Assembly (NCBI GenBank): GCA_016432365.1
Contig: CP066686.1
Coordinates: forward strand, 273,771-337,770
Direction of reading: 5' to 3'
Length of the DNA stretch: 64,000 nt
DNA from: Candidatus Woesebacteria bacterium
Lineage (GTDB): Bacteria; Patescibacteriota; Microgenomatia; UBA8517
The translations under genes were made by a program, and so were the position numbers. Shown here one piece after another: positions 30,894 through 40,323 of this stretch (positions are counted from its first letter, which is position 1; the number at the start of each line of letters is the position of its first letter). Under the pieces are notes generated by a model, which saw only the letters and a program-made list of their open reading frames with translations, made no database searches and was not told where the DNA came from.

Positions 30894-31169
30894 ATGATAA
30901 CACCCGTTTTTACAGAAAAAAGTTTAAAATTAGCCAAAGAAGGTAAATATACTTTTTGGGTTAATGTTAAGCAAGACAAAATGTCGCTTAAGGCCCTAAT
31001 TGCCAAACTTTTTGGAGTACACGTAATCGATATCAAAACAGTTACGACTTCGGGGGAAACCAAAAAGAACAATCGGGGAGTGAAAGTTACAACATTAAGA
31101 GGTAAAAAGGCGATAGTTACCTTAAAAGAAGGTGAAAAAATAGATTTATTTGAAGAAAACAAAAAATGA
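30894..31169 (+). CDS. rplW: 50S ribosomal protein L23
   Basis: Typical L23. Confidence 0.9.
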   Translation: MITPVFTEKSLKLAKEGKYTFWVNVKQDKMSLKALIAKLFGVHVIDIKTVTTSGETKKNNRGVKVTTLRGKKAIVTLKEGEKIDLFEENKK

Positions 31170-31918
31170 GAAGATTAAAATCAATATTACAAAAACGATC
31201 CGGACGAGCTCACGGCAAAGTTGTGGTTAGGCACCAGGGCGGTGGAGAAAAACGCTTTATGCGTGAAGTGGATTTTAAGAGATCTAAATTGGATATCTGG
31301 GGAAAAGTTGAAGGAGTTGAATACGATCCGAATAGAAATGCACTTCTTGCAGTAGTTTTGTATACCGACGGAACAAGGGTTTACATTTTGGCCCCCGTTG
31401 GGCTTAAAATTGGTGATAAAATAATCGCTTCGGAAGCGGCTCCGGTTACTCCGGGGAACGCCCTTCCTTTGAAGAACATTCCGGTTGGGGCATTAGTGCA
31501 CAATATAGAGATTACCAGAGGTAAAGGTGGACAAATTGTAAAAGGGGCCGGAAGCGCAGCCACCATTTTCGGGAAAGAGGATGCCTGGGTTTTGGTCAAG
31601 CTTCCCTCCGGAGAAATCAGAAGATTTGACCCCGAGTGCTATGCGAGTATTGGACAGGTGGGTAATGTTGATGCTAAGAACGAGGTTTTAGGCAAAGCTG
31701 GAAGAGTGCGTCACATGGGAATTAGACCAAGCGTCCGCGGAGTTGCAATGAATCCCGATTCTCATCCTCATGGAGGAGGAGAAGGAAGAAGTGGAATTGG
31801 TATGAAACATCCTAAGACTGTTTACGGTAGGAGCGCGGTTGGTAAGACCCGCAACAAGAAGAAGTATTCTAATCGGATGATAGTTCAAAGAAAAGGAGGC
31901 AAGTCGCTCTTAGGCTGA
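31166..31918 (+). CDS. rplB: 50S ribosomal protein L2
   Basis: GRNxxGxITxRHxGGG-like block and SHPHGGGEG motif. Confidence 0.9.
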   Translation: MRRLKSILQKRSGRAHGKVVVRHQGGGEKRFMREVDFKRSKLDIWGKVEGVEYDPNRNALLAVVLYTDGTRVYILAPVGLKIGDKIIASEAAPVTPGNALPLKNIPVGALVHNIEITRGKGGQIVKGAGSAATIFGKEDAWVLVKLPSGEIRRFDPECYASIGQVGNVDAKNEVLGKAGRVRHMGIRPSVRGVAMNPDSHPHGGGEGRSGIGMKHPKTVYGRSAVGKTRNKKKYSNRMIVQRKGGKSLLG

Positions 31919-31919
31919 T

Positions 31920-32201
31920 ATGTCAAGAAGTTCTAAAAAGGGGCCGTTTATAGACCCAATACTAGTCAAAAAAGTGGAAAGTGGAAAAGGGGAAAAAGAG
32001 ACCCCGATAAAAACGTGGTCGAGGAAATGCCGAATTGCACCCACATTTATCGGTAAATATTTTCAGGTTCACAACGGACATGTATTCATCGATGTTTTTA
32101 TAACCGAAGACATGGTTGGGCACGCTTTAGGTGAATTTGCTCCCACAAGAACATTCAGAGGCCACGGAGAGATTGTAAAGCGCACTCTAGAAAAGACCTA
32201 A
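31920..32201 (+). CDS. rpsS: 30S ribosomal protein S19
   Basis: Typical S19. Confidence 0.9.
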   Translation: MSRSSKKGPFIDPILVKKVESGKGEKETPIKTWSRKCRIAPTFIGKYFQVHNGHVFIDVFITEDMVGHALGEFAPTRTFRGHGEIVKRTLEKT

Positions 32202-32202
32202 C

Positions 32203-32664
32203 ATGGAGAAAACATATACATCAACACAAAAATATTTGATTATGAGTCCTAGAAAAATAAGACTTGTGACCGATCTTATAAAAAAACTTAAGCCGGTTGA
32301 TGCTGTTGCCCGGCTTCCGTTTGTACAAAAGAGAGCGGGGGAAGTTGTTGCAAAAGTAATTAAAAGCGCCATAGCTGATGCTAAAAATCAGGGGGCCAGT
32401 GATACGGATTTGATTTTCAAAGAGATTCAGGTAGGAGAAGGACCAAGATTAAAAAGAGGACGCGCGGCAAGCCGTGGAAGATGGCATCCAGTCAAAAAGA
32501 GAATGGCCCACATCCGAGTTGTGTTAACAACCAGAGCAAAAAAATCCGAAGTACGAAATCCTAAATCCGAAACAAAAACTGAAAATTCAAAAGTCAAAAA
32601 TCTAAAGGCAAAAGTGCAAGTTAAAAGTGAAGATAAGAGCAAGAAGAAGGAGGAGGAAAAATAA
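32203..32664 (+). CDS. rplV: 50S ribosomal protein L22 (Lys-rich C-terminal extension)
   Basis: Typical L22 core. Confidence 0.9.
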   Translation: MEKTYTSTQKYLIMSPRKIRLVTDLIKKLKPVDAVARLPFVQKRAGEVVAKVIKSAIADAKNQGASDTDLIFKEIQVGEGPRLKRGRAASRGRWHPVKKRMAHIRVVLTTRAKKSEVRNPKSETKTENSKVKNLKAKVQVKSEDKSKKKEEEK

Positions 32665-32665
32665 A

Positions 32666-33316
32666 ATGGGACAAAAAGTTAACCCGATAGGTATAAGAAT
32701 AGGTTCGTTTTTACCTTGGAAATCAAGGTGGTTTGCCGACGACGGACTATTTAAAGATTTTTTACTGGAGGATATAAAGATCCGAAAGGGTCTTATGGAA
32801 AAACTTAAACTTGCAGGCATTACGGAAGTTGAGATCGAAAGACTTCCCAAAAGCATGACAGTTACAATTACGGTCAGTAGACCGGGTGTTGTAATTGGTC
32901 GGGGTGGAACCGGAATTGAAGATGTTAAAAAATATATTTTAGGTGCCGTAAACGAAGTCCGTACTAAAAAGGTAAAAGATTTAAAAATTGATATTAGAAT
33001 TAATGAGGTCAAAAATCCCGAACTTTCGGCACATTTGGTTGCCGGAAGAATTGCCGGAGAGTTGGAGCGCAGAATTCCCCATAGGAGGGTTGTTCAAAAA
33101 GCGTTGGAGAGAGTTATGGCATCGGGTGCTCTTGGGGCCAAAGTAGTACTCGCTGGGCGTATTAACGGTATAGAAATTTCAAGAGTAGAAAAATTTCATA
33201 TGGGCAGTGTCCCGGCCCAAACCTTAAGAGAAAGCATTGATTACTCTCAAGTTCCGGCGCTTTTGAAGAGAGGTTATGTTGGAGTAAAGGTGTGGATACA
33301 CAAAAAACAGGAGTAA
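32666..33316 (+). CDS. rpsC: 30S ribosomal protein S3
   Basis: MGQKVNPIGIR... with KH and S3-C domains. Start chosen at the internal Met right after the rplV stop. Confidence 0.9.
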   Translation: MGQKVNPIGIRIGSFLPWKSRWFADDGLFKDFLLEDIKIRKGLMEKLKLAGITEVEIERLPKSMTVTITVSRPGVVIGRGGTGIEDVKKYILGAVNEVRTKKVKDLKIDIRINEVKNPELSAHLVAGRIAGELERRIPHRRVVQKALERVMASGALGAKVVLAGRINGIEISRVEKFHMGSVPAQTLRESIDYSQVPALLKRGYVGVKVWIHKKQE

Positions 33317-33420
33317 AATTCAAAAATCAAAATGCAAAAATCAAAAATTCAAATCAAAATTAAAAATTTCCAAATTTTGACTTTTAACTTTTAAATTTTA
33401 AATTTGAGCAAAGCGAACAT

Positions 33421-33831
33421 ATGTTACAACCAAAAAGAAGAAAATTCATAAAAGATTTTAGAGGCCGAAGGCGAGGATTGGCAACTCGTGGTAGTGAAAT
33501 CTCTTTCGGGGATTTTGCGATGAAAGCCCAGGAAGTAGCCTGGGTGACCAGCGCGCAAATTGAGTCAGCAAGGCGTACAATAACACACAACCTTAAAAAA
33601 GGCGGAAGAGTTTGGGTTAGGGTTTTCCCGGATAAACCAATTACAAGTAGACCGGCCGGAAAAAGAATGGGAGGCGGAAAAGGAGACATTTCAACGTATG
33701 TAGCAGTAGTTAAACCGGGAATGATCCTTTTTGAAGTAGCGGGAGCGGCCGAGGCCATTGTCCGTGAGGCCATGAGAAGAGCGTCAGCAAAATTGCCGAT
33801 AGATATAAAGATAATTAGTAGGGAGGACTAA
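33421..33831 (+). CDS. rplP: 50S ribosomal protein L16
   Basis: Typical L16. Confidence 0.9.
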   Translation: MLQPKRRKFIKDFRGRRRGLATRGSEISFGDFAMKAQEVAWVTSAQIESARRTITHNLKKGGRVWVRVFPDKPITSRPAGKRMGGGKGDISTYVAVVKPGMILFEVAGAAEAIVREAMRRASAKLPIDIKIISRED

Positions 33832-33834
33832 AAT

Positions 33835-34074
33835 ATGAAAAGAAAAGAATTTACAGGTTTAAAAAATAAGTCGATCAAAGATCTGGAAAAGCTTGTCAGA
33901 GAGAAAAAGGAAGAATCTCTCAAGAAAAAAATGGAAGGAATCTCGGGTAAAGACAAAAATCTAAAGAATTACAGAAACCTGAGGCGCGAAATTGCACAGG
34001 CTTTAACTTTGATTAAAGAGAAGCAGATAATTGAGGAGCTAAAAAGCAAAAGCGAAGAAGTCAAAACTAAATAA
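33835..34074 (+). CDS. rpmC: 50S ribosomal protein L29
   Basis: Typical L29. Confidence 0.85.
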   Translation: MKRKEFTGLKNKSIKDLEKLVREKKEESLKKKMEGISGKDKNLKNYRNLRREIAQALTLIKEKQIIEELKSKSEEVKTK

Positions 34075-34077
34075 ACT

Positions 34078-34326
34078 ATGAAAGTATTTACAGGAAGAGT
34101 AATCGCAACAAAAATGGCCAAAACAGCAACGGTCGCCGTGGAGCGTGTTGTAATACACCCTTTGTACAAGAAAAGGTTTATGAGGGATACAAAATATCAG
34201 GTTCATGATGAGAGTGGGGTAAAAATCGGAGATGTTGTTAAATTCACGGCCAGTAAGCCTTACTCAAAGACAAAGAAATGGAAAGTTTTGGAAGTAGTTA
34301 ATCGGAAAGGAGAAGCTAGTAGCTAG
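34078..34326 (+). CDS. rpsQ: 30S ribosomal protein S17
   Basis: Typical S17. Confidence 0.9.
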   Translation: MKVFTGRVIATKMAKTATVAVERVVIHPLYKKRFMRDTKYQVHDESGVKIGDVVKFTASKPYSKTKKWKVLEVVNRKGEASS

Positions 34327-34350
34327 ATTCTAGTAACTAGTGACTAAAGT

Positions 34351-34716
34351 ATGGTTCAATTACGCACAATGTTAGTTTCGGCAGATAATAGCGGGGCCAA
34401 AAGACTCATGATCATTGGGGTTCCGGGAAGAGTTGGTAAATTCGCGACTCTCGGAGATGTTGTTCTTTGTGTAGTCAAGGGGGCTGACGCGGCGGGAATA
34501 GTCACTGACCATGAAAAAGTTAGAGTTTTAATAGTACGCACACGAAAAGAAGTCGGTAGAAGTGACGGGACCTACATCCGCTTTGACGATAATGCCGGGG
34601 TTGTGATTGATAAGCAAGGCCTCCCCAGGGGCACAAGAATTTTGGGTCCGGTTGCCAGAGAAATTAAGGATGTCGGATATAACAAGATTGCGTCGTTAGC
34701 TAGAGAAGTCATTTAA
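34351..34716 (+). CDS. rplN: 50S ribosomal protein L14
   Basis: Typical L14. Confidence 0.9.
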   Translation: MVQLRTMLVSADNSGAKRLMIIGVPGRVGKFATLGDVVLCVVKGADAAGIVTDHEKVRVLIVRTRKEVGRSDGTYIRFDDNAGVVIDKQGLPRGTRILGPVAREIKDVGYNKIASLAREVI

Positions 34717-34722
34717 TAATAT

Positions 34723-35037
34723 ATGTTGAAATTTAAAAAAGGAGATACAGTTAAAATAACAGCGGGTAAAGATAAAGGAAGAGAGGGGAAAATTGAGAAA
34801 ATTTTACCAGTCGAATCTAAAGCTTTAATCCCCGAGATCAATCTTTACAAAAAACACGTAAAAGGATTTGGAGACGTAAAAGGGGGAGTTTACCCACTTC
34901 CTCGTCCAATGAGTTTCGCCAAATTTGCTTTAATTTGCCCGAAATGTAAAAAGGTAACTCGAGTCGGATTCAAGTTTGCAGGGGACGAAAAAAACAGGAT
35001 TTGCAGGAAATGCGGAAAGGAAATTGACAATAAATAA
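34723..35037 (+). CDS. rplX: 50S ribosomal protein L24 with C-terminal zinc-ribbon extension
   Basis: KOW motif at the N-terminus. CPKC...CRKC at the C-terminus. Confidence 0.85.
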   Translation: MLKFKKGDTVKITAGKDKGREGKIEKILPVESKALIPEINLYKKHVKGFGDVKGGVYPLPRPMSFAKFALICPKCKKVTRVGFKFAGDEKNRICRKCGKEIDNK

Positions 35038-35038
35038 T

Positions 35039-35584
35039 ATGGATAAACAAAGATTGCAGGAAAAGTTTGAAAAAGAGGTCAAACCGGTATTGGCCAAAGA
35101 ATTTGGCATAGATAATTCTATGGCAATCCCGAGAATTAAGAAGATTGTTATCAATATGGGTGTGGGAGAAGCGGCCAAAAACCAAGCTCTAATGGATGGA
35201 TTAAGACGGGATATTGCTGCCATTTCCGGTCAATTTCCTTCGGTGAGGAATGCAAAGGTTTCAATTGCAAGCTTTTCGCTTCGTGCAGGGATGCCGGTTG
35301 GTTTGTCTGTAACTTTGAGAGGAAACAGAATGTATTCATTTTTAGACAGGCTCATGTCGACCACCTTGCCGCGTCTAAGAGATTTCAGAGGAACATCTAT
35401 AAAATCGTTTGATAAGTCGGGCAATTACACTTTAGGGTTTGTGGAGCACACTGTTTTTCCGGAAATTGATCCGGCAAAAAGCGCCGCCCCTCATGGGCTT
35501 GAAGTGACGGTCGTGATATCAGGTGGCGACGTGGTACAATCCAAAAGACTTTTGGAACTAATGGGGATGCCATTTCAAAAATAA
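35039..35584 (+). CDS. rplE: 50S ribosomal protein L5
   Basis: Typical L5. Start at the internal Met right after the rplX stop. Confidence 0.9.
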   Translation: MDKQRLQEKFEKEVKPVLAKEFGIDNSMAIPRIKKIVINMGVGEAAKNQALMDGLRRDIAAISGQFPSVRNAKVSIASFSLRAGMPVGLSVTLRGNRMYSFLDRLMSTTLPRLRDFRGTSIKSFDKSGNYTLGFVEHTVFPEIDPAKSAAPHGLEVTVVISGGDVVQSKRLLELMGMPFQK

Positions 35585-35587
35585 TAT

Positions 35588-35773
35588 ATGTCAACAACTG
35601 CAAAAGAAGTCAGAGAAACCAAAAAATTGAAGTTTAAAGTTAGATATCGAAACAGATGTAAAATCTGCGGGAGATCGCGTGGTTACATACGGAAGTTTGG
35701 AATTTGTAGGCTTTGTTTCAGAGAACATGCGTTAAGAGGTGAAATCCCTGGTGTCAGAAAAGCGAGTTGGTAA
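35588..35773 (+). CDS. rpsN: 30S ribosomal protein S14 type Z (zinc)
   Basis: 61 aa with CKICGR...CRLC. Confidence 0.9.
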   Translation: MSTTAKEVRETKKLKFKVRYRNRCKICGRSRGYIRKFGICRLCFREHALRGEIPGVRKASW

Positions 35774-35777
35774 TTAT

Positions 35778-36176
35778 ATGAAGAAAACAAAAAATAAAGT
35801 TACAAATTATTCGGTAGGAGACTTTTTAATAAAAGTTAAAAATACCGCCATGGCTAAGAATAAAAAACTTGAGGTACATGGCAATAACAAAATTGTGGCA
35901 ATAGCCGAGGCTCTCAAAAAGCTTGGTTATCTGGACGAAGTTAAAAAGGATAAAAACGATCTAAATATCTCCCTGGCATTCAAAAACAAGAAGCCGGTTT
36001 TAATGGATCTAAGGTTGATAAGCAAGCCGGGACTTAGAATCTACTTGGGAGTCGATGAAATTGGCGCCAAGAAAGGTCCATCAACTTTTATTATTTCGAC
36101 CCCGAAAGGAATCCTTTCGTCACGCGAATCGATAAAGTCCAGAACGGGCGGGGAAGTAATTGCGGAAATTTGGTAA
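35778..36176 (+). CDS. rpsH: 30S ribosomal protein S8
   Basis: Typical S8. Start at the internal Met after the rpsN stop. Confidence 0.85.
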   Translation: MKKTKNKVTNYSVGDFLIKVKNTAMAKNKKLEVHGNNKIVAIAEALKKLGYLDEVKKDKNDLNISLAFKNKKPVLMDLRLISKPGLRIYLGVDEIGAKKGPSTFIISTPKGILSSRESIKSRTGGEVIAEIW

Positions 36177-36177
36177 T

Positions 36178-36729
36178 ATGAGCAAAATCGGAAGACAACC
36201 AGTCAAAATTGTTTCGGGAGTAACAGTTGAAGTTACGGGCCAAACTGTTAAGACAACCGGTCCAAAAGGCGTCCTTACCAGACACCTACCTTATGGGGTC
36301 AAAGCAGAAGTCAAAGATGGAGAAGTTCTTGTAACGGTAAAAGGTTCGAGCAAATTAGCTAGTAGTTTGCACGGAACGTTCAGGTCGATAATAAACAACG
36401 ATGTCTTTGGAGTATCTACCGGATGGAGCAAAAAACTTGAACTGGTCGGGACCGGTTTTAGGGCAGAACTTACGGGAAAAACATTATCCCTAACCGTAGG
36501 CTATTCTCATCCTGTAAAAATTGAAGCACCGGTTGGGATTACTTTTAAAATTGAAAAAATGATAGTTACAGTAGATGGTTTTGATAAAGAAATTGTCGGA
36601 CAGGTTGCGGCAGACATCCGCGGAGTCAGGCCTCCGGAACCTTACAAAGGTAAGGGAATTAAATATGTAGATGAAGTTATCCGCAGGAAGCCAGGAAAGG
36701 CTGCAGCCAAAACGACAGGAGCGGCCTAA
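36178..36729 (+). CDS. rplF: 50S ribosomal protein L6
   Basis: MSKIGRQPV..., two L6 repeats. Confidence 0.9.
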   Translation: MSKIGRQPVKIVSGVTVEVTGQTVKTTGPKGVLTRHLPYGVKAEVKDGEVLVTVKGSSKLASSLHGTFRSIINNDVFGVSTGWSKKLELVGTGFRAELTGKTLSLTVGYSHPVKIEAPVGITFKIEKMIVTVDGFDKEIVGQVAADIRGVRPPEPYKGKGIKYVDEVIRRKPGKAAAKTTGAA

Positions 36730-36762
36730 CTAAAATTAATAATTAATAATTAAAAATTAAAA

Positions 36763-37083
36763 ATGGAAATCAAACAAAAAAGATATCAACAAAGAAAAAG
36801 AAGGGTTAAAGCAAAAATTTTTGGTACTAAAGCTCGCCCAAGACTTAGTGTTTTTCGTTCAAATAAATATTTGTATTCTCAGGTAATTGACGATGAAGCC
36901 CAAGTGACTTTAGTTTCCGCCAAGGGACCTAAAAATGATGGTGCAAAAGTTGGAGAAGAATTGGCAAAAAAGGCGATGAGTAAGAAAATCAAAAAGGTTA
37001 CTTTTGACAGAAATGGATTTATTTACCACGGCAAAGTTAAGGCTTTGGCAGATGGAGCAAGAAAAGGAGGACTTGAATTCTAG
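36763..37083 (+). CDS. rplR: 50S ribosomal protein L18
   Basis: Typical L18. Confidence 0.85.
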   Translation: MEIKQKRYQQRKRRVKAKIFGTKARPRLSVFRSNKYLYSQVIDDEAQVTLVSAKGPKNDGAKVGEELAKKAMSKKIKKVTFDRNGFIYHGKVKALADGARKGGLEF

Positions 37084-37107
37084 TTTCTGAAACTAGTTCA
37101 GAATAAA

Positions 37108-37620
37108 ATGGCAAATTTTAATAGGAGGCAACAATACGATACAGGACCAAAAGAGTTCGAAGAAACAGTGGTCCAAATAAATAGGGTTTCCAAGAAGACA
37201 AAAGGTGGAAATCAGGCAAGATTCTCCGCACTTGTTGTTGTGGGAGATAAAAAGGGGAGAGTCGGAGTAGGGCTTGCCAAGGCCCATGACGTACGAAACG
37301 CGATCAGGAAATCAATTGAAGCAGCCAAGAGAAAATTAATCGTAGTCCCGCTCTCTGGTACCACAATACCATATTCGGTCAACGAGAAATTTTCGGCAGC
37401 AAAAATATTATTAAAACCAGCACCCCCAGGGAGTGGAATTATTGCGGGAGGCCCTATGAGAGTAGTTCTTGAGGCAGCCGGAATAAGAGATGCAGTAGGA
37501 AAGATTTTGGGAACTAAAAATAAAATCTCAAACGTTTATGCCACCCTTAAAGCCTTGGAACAAATTACCGGTATTGTAGAAATGAAGAAAAAGCCGGCAA
37601 AGGCAGAAACTAAAGAATAA
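37108..37620 (+). CDS. rpsE: 30S ribosomal protein S5
   Basis: Typical S5. Confidence 0.9.
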   Translation: MANFNRRQQYDTGPKEFEETVVQINRVSKKTKGGNQARFSALVVVGDKKGRVGVGLAKAHDVRNAIRKSIEAAKRKLIVVPLSGTTIPYSVNEKFSAAKILLKPAPPGSGIIAGGPMRVVLEAAGIRDAVGKILGTKNKISNVYATLKALEQITGIVEMKKKPAKAETKE

Positions 37621-37625
37621 TCAAA

Positions 37626-38039
37626 ATGGAAAAAAATAAACTACCAAAGATAGTTCAAAGACCAAAAAAACGTGTAGGACGTGGTGTTGGTTCGGGTAAA
37701 GGTAGTCATACTTCAGGACGTGGTCAAAAAGGACAAAAATCAAGAACTTCAAAAGGAATTCTTTTTGAAGGGCTTAAAATGAAGAAGTCCTTCCTCAAAA
37801 GGCTTCCGCTTCAAAGAGGGAAGGGAAAATTTAAGGCCGGTGGAAAACCGCTGACTCTCAATCTGAGAGACTTGGAAGTTCTCCCGACCGGATCAAAGAT
37901 TACAGTTGAACTTTTGGTGAAAGAAAAGCTAGTTGATGCAAAATTGGCCAAAAAATTTGGAGTAAAAATATTAGGCGGAGGCAAAACAACCAAAAAATTT
38001 ACGTTCGAAGTCCCAACCTCAAAAAGTGTAGTTAAATAA
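37626..38039 (+). CDS. rplO: 50S ribosomal protein L15
   Basis: Gly/Arg-rich N-terminus (GRGVGSGKGSHTSGRGQKGQ). Follows rpsE directly, so no L30 gene. Confidence 0.85.
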   Translation: MEKNKLPKIVQRPKKRVGRGVGSGKGSHTSGRGQKGQKSRTSKGILFEGLKMKKSFLKRLPLQRGKGKFKAGGKPLTLNLRDLEVLPTGSKITVELLVKEKLVDAKLAKKFGVKILGGGKTTKKFTFEVPTSKSVVK

Positions 38040-38080
38040 ATTTCCTTAAGTTTCTGTGATTTTCCCCAAATTCCTTTTTT

Positions 38081-38150
38081 TCAAAAAAAAGACACCCCCT
38101 TTATAATCCTTGCGGATAACCTTATTACAGGTTGGGGGTGTTGTTTTACA
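38081..38150. terminator. bidirectional intrinsic terminator (A-run, 8-bp GC stem ACACCCCC/GGGGGTGT, T-run)
   Basis: Seen directly. Serves rplO on the plus strand and the convergent 38179-38862 gene on the minus strand. Confidence 0.5.
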
Positions 38151-38178
38151 CTTTGCGGGTTTGTTGTGTTTGGTTTTA

Positions 38179-38862
38179 TTACTTGTTGGAAATGGCGATG
38201 TTGTTGCCGAAAACTTTCTTGAAAGCTTCAACAACGTTGTCTACAATCGACATGTGATTGTCGTCGAGTTCAGTCCAACTGAAGGCGTTTGCAATCTCGA
38301 CGCGCGCCTCGTAAGGCTGTATTGAAACTTGTGTGACGCCCGGGATCTGCATAACGATGCGGACAAATTCTCCGCCGCCATCAATGCCGACCTTGCGTAG
38401 ATACTCAAGGCTGGAAATCCGAAGTGGACGCTGGAAAGTCTCATAGCGTGTATTCGAGATTTCAAAGTTGGTGGCGAAACCCCGAAGCCGATCGTTTGGA
38501 TAAGTCTCAATGACAAGTCTTTTCCGGGGATGTAGCTCGTCATACCTTGCTTGAAATGCCTTTTTGACAATCTGGTCGATCTTTTCGTTCCAGAGCGTTC
38601 GACGTCCGAAGGAATCTTTCTCCTTCAGGTAGATCGCAACTTCATATGGTTCAACAAAAATATGGTCAACCCCATCGATCTGGCGCAGTTCCTGAACCAT
38701 CTCGGCTACGATACGGTCATGGTCGCGAAGAGCTTCGAGGTGCAAACTTCGAGCCGAACCATGGGACGTATAGAGCGAGATGTTTTGCTTGCCGATTTCC
38801 ACATTAGTTGAGAAAGTTCTCCCCAACGCGTGGTGCACACGAACATTGAATATCAGTTTCAT
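38179..38862 (-). CDS. hypothetical 228-aa protein with internal tandem duplication (two domains of about 110 aa), inserted on the opposite strand between rplO and secY
   Basis: SD GGAGAAAG before MKLIFNV.... Own promoter and terminator. Locally about 48-50% GC. Repeats aligned by eye (IFVEPYEVAIYL / VSIQPYEARVEI and others). Confidence 0.6.
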   Translation of the reverse strand: MKLIFNVRVHHALGRTFSTNVEIGKQNISLYTSHGSARSLHLEALRDHDRIVAEMVQELRQIDGVDHIFVEPYEVAIYLKEKDSFGRRTLWNEKIDQIVKKAFQARYDELHPRKRLVIETYPNDRLRGFATNFEISNTRYETFQRPLRISSLEYLRKVGIDGGGEFVRIVMQIPGVTQVSIQPYEARVEIANAFSWTELDDNHMSIVDNVVEAFKKVFGNNIAISNK

Positions 38863-38945
38863 AATCTTTCTCCGATTTCTCATCATCATCAGAATAGAAT
38901 TTCCGAAGCCAAAACCCGCAATTTCAACGTGCAAAACCGAACCGC

Positions 38946-38974
38946 ATTCTATAACAACCACACATCAAAGTCAA
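38946..38974 (-). promoter_or_regulatory. promoter TTGACT-17-TAGAAT (minus strand) for the inserted 228-aa gene
   Basis: Reverse complement read directly from the sequence. Confidence 0.45.
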
Positions 38975-39039
38975 GATTATGGGATATTGTGTAGAAAAAC
39001 CCTGTCTTTAGGATCAAAATTGGGATATAATTTACAAAC

Positions 39040-40323
39040 ATGTTTAATTCAATAATTCACTTTTTTGATAAAGCGGTCAAAACCCCCTCTATCAGGAGAA
39101 AATTACTAGTCACTGCCGGGGTCTTGATTATCTTTAGGCTTGCAGGGCATATTCCGGCAGCCGGTATAAACAGGGAAACTTTGACCGCTCTTTTTAACGG
39201 GAGTCCTCTTCTTTCGCTTTTAGATGTATTTTCAGGCGGAACTTTGGCCAACTTTTCCATTCTTGCACTGGGGCTTAACCCTTACATCAATGCCTCGATT
39301 ATTTTTCAGATGTTGGGCTATGTGATTCCGAGTCTGGAAGCACTTCAAAAAGAAGGGGAATTTGGTCAGGAAAAAATCAATCAATACACACGACTTTTAA
39401 CAGTCCCATTAGCCGCTCTTCAGGCTTTTGGAATGTATGCCCTTTTGAAGGGTCAGCAGGTTATCCCAAACTTGGAACCTGTAGCTCTTTTGTCATTAGT
39501 AATAACTATGACTGCAGGTACCGTTTTTGCTGTTTGGCTTGGAGAACTAATTAGCGAATACGGTTTTAAAAATGGAGTTTCCATTCTGATCTTCACCGGA
39601 ATTGTTGCGCGTTTACCCATCACTTTAGGGCAATCGGCTAGTGTTGTTCAGTCGCAAGACGTTCTCAAGGTGATAATTTTCTTGGCGGTTGCAGTTGTTA
39701 TTGTTGGACTTGTGATTTTCATCAGCGAAGCGGCACGTCAAATTCCGATTCACTATGCCAAAAGAAGGACAGAAAGCGGGCTTGCCTCAACTTCTTATCT
39801 TCCTCTTCGTCTTAATCAGGCCGGAGTAATCCCTATAATTTTTGCCGTATCTTTGGTTCTTTTACCCTCGCTCTTGGGTCAGTTTTTGGTAAATGTTCCC
39901 AACGCTGCGGTTGCCAATATTGCCCGAACGATCAGTACGGCTTTTAACCCCCAATCACTTACTTACAACTTGGTATATTTCTTTTTGGTTTTCGGATTTA
40001 CCTATTTTTATACGGCAGTTGTCTTTAACCCAGAAAAAATTTCTGAAGATTTGCAAAAAGGTGGAGGTTTTATCCCCGGAATTCGTCCCGGCAAGGAAAC
40101 GGCAAAGTATCTTTCTTTTGTTCTTGCCCGTTTAACTGTGGTGGGTGGGGCATTTTTGGGAATGGTGGCCATTTTGCCGTCATTTTTCCAGAGTTTTGTC
40201 GGAGTACAAAGCCTGGCCATTGGAGGAACTAGTATCTTGATTGTTGTTTCTGTAGCCCTAGAAGTAATTCGTGAGATTGAAGGTGAAATGGTTATGGGTA
40301 AATACGAAGGGCTAATACGATGA
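39040..40323 (+). CDS. secY: preprotein translocase SecY
   Basis: 10 TM segments and conserved SecY blocks. Confidence 0.9.
   Translation: MFNSIIHFFDKAVKTPSIRRKLLVTAGVLIIFRLAGHIPAAGINRETLTALFNGSPLLSLLDVFSGGTLANFSILALGLNPYINASIIFQMLGYVIPSLEALQKEGEFGQEKINQYTRLLTVPLAALQAFGMYALLKGQQVIPNLEPVALLSLVITMTAGTVFAVWLGELISEYGFKNGVSILIFTGIVARLPITLGQSASVVQSQDVLKVIIFLAVAVVIVGLVIFISEAARQIPIHYAKRRTESGLASTSYLPLRLNQAGVIPIIFAVSLVLLPSLLGQFLVNVPNAAVANIARTISTAFNPQSLTYNLVYFFLVFGFTYFYTAVVFNPEKISEDLQKGGGFIPGIRPGKETAKYLSFVLARLTVVGGAFLGMVAILPSFFQSFVGVQSLAIGGTSILIVVSVALEVIREIEGEMVMGKYEGLIR

Noticed and set aside
38110-38811. ORFs 38110-38325 (+), 38241-38570 (-) and 38551-38811 (+) overlapping the inserted 228-aa gene
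   Set aside because: Alternative-frame artefacts within a GC-rich gene. Only the 38179-38862 frame has an SD-ATG, a promoter and a terminator.
38220-38862. CutA/PII-like identity for the duplicated domains (PYE motif resembling CutA HPYE)
   Set aside because: Resemblance limited to a tripeptide and general spacing. Insufficient to name, so kept as speculation only.
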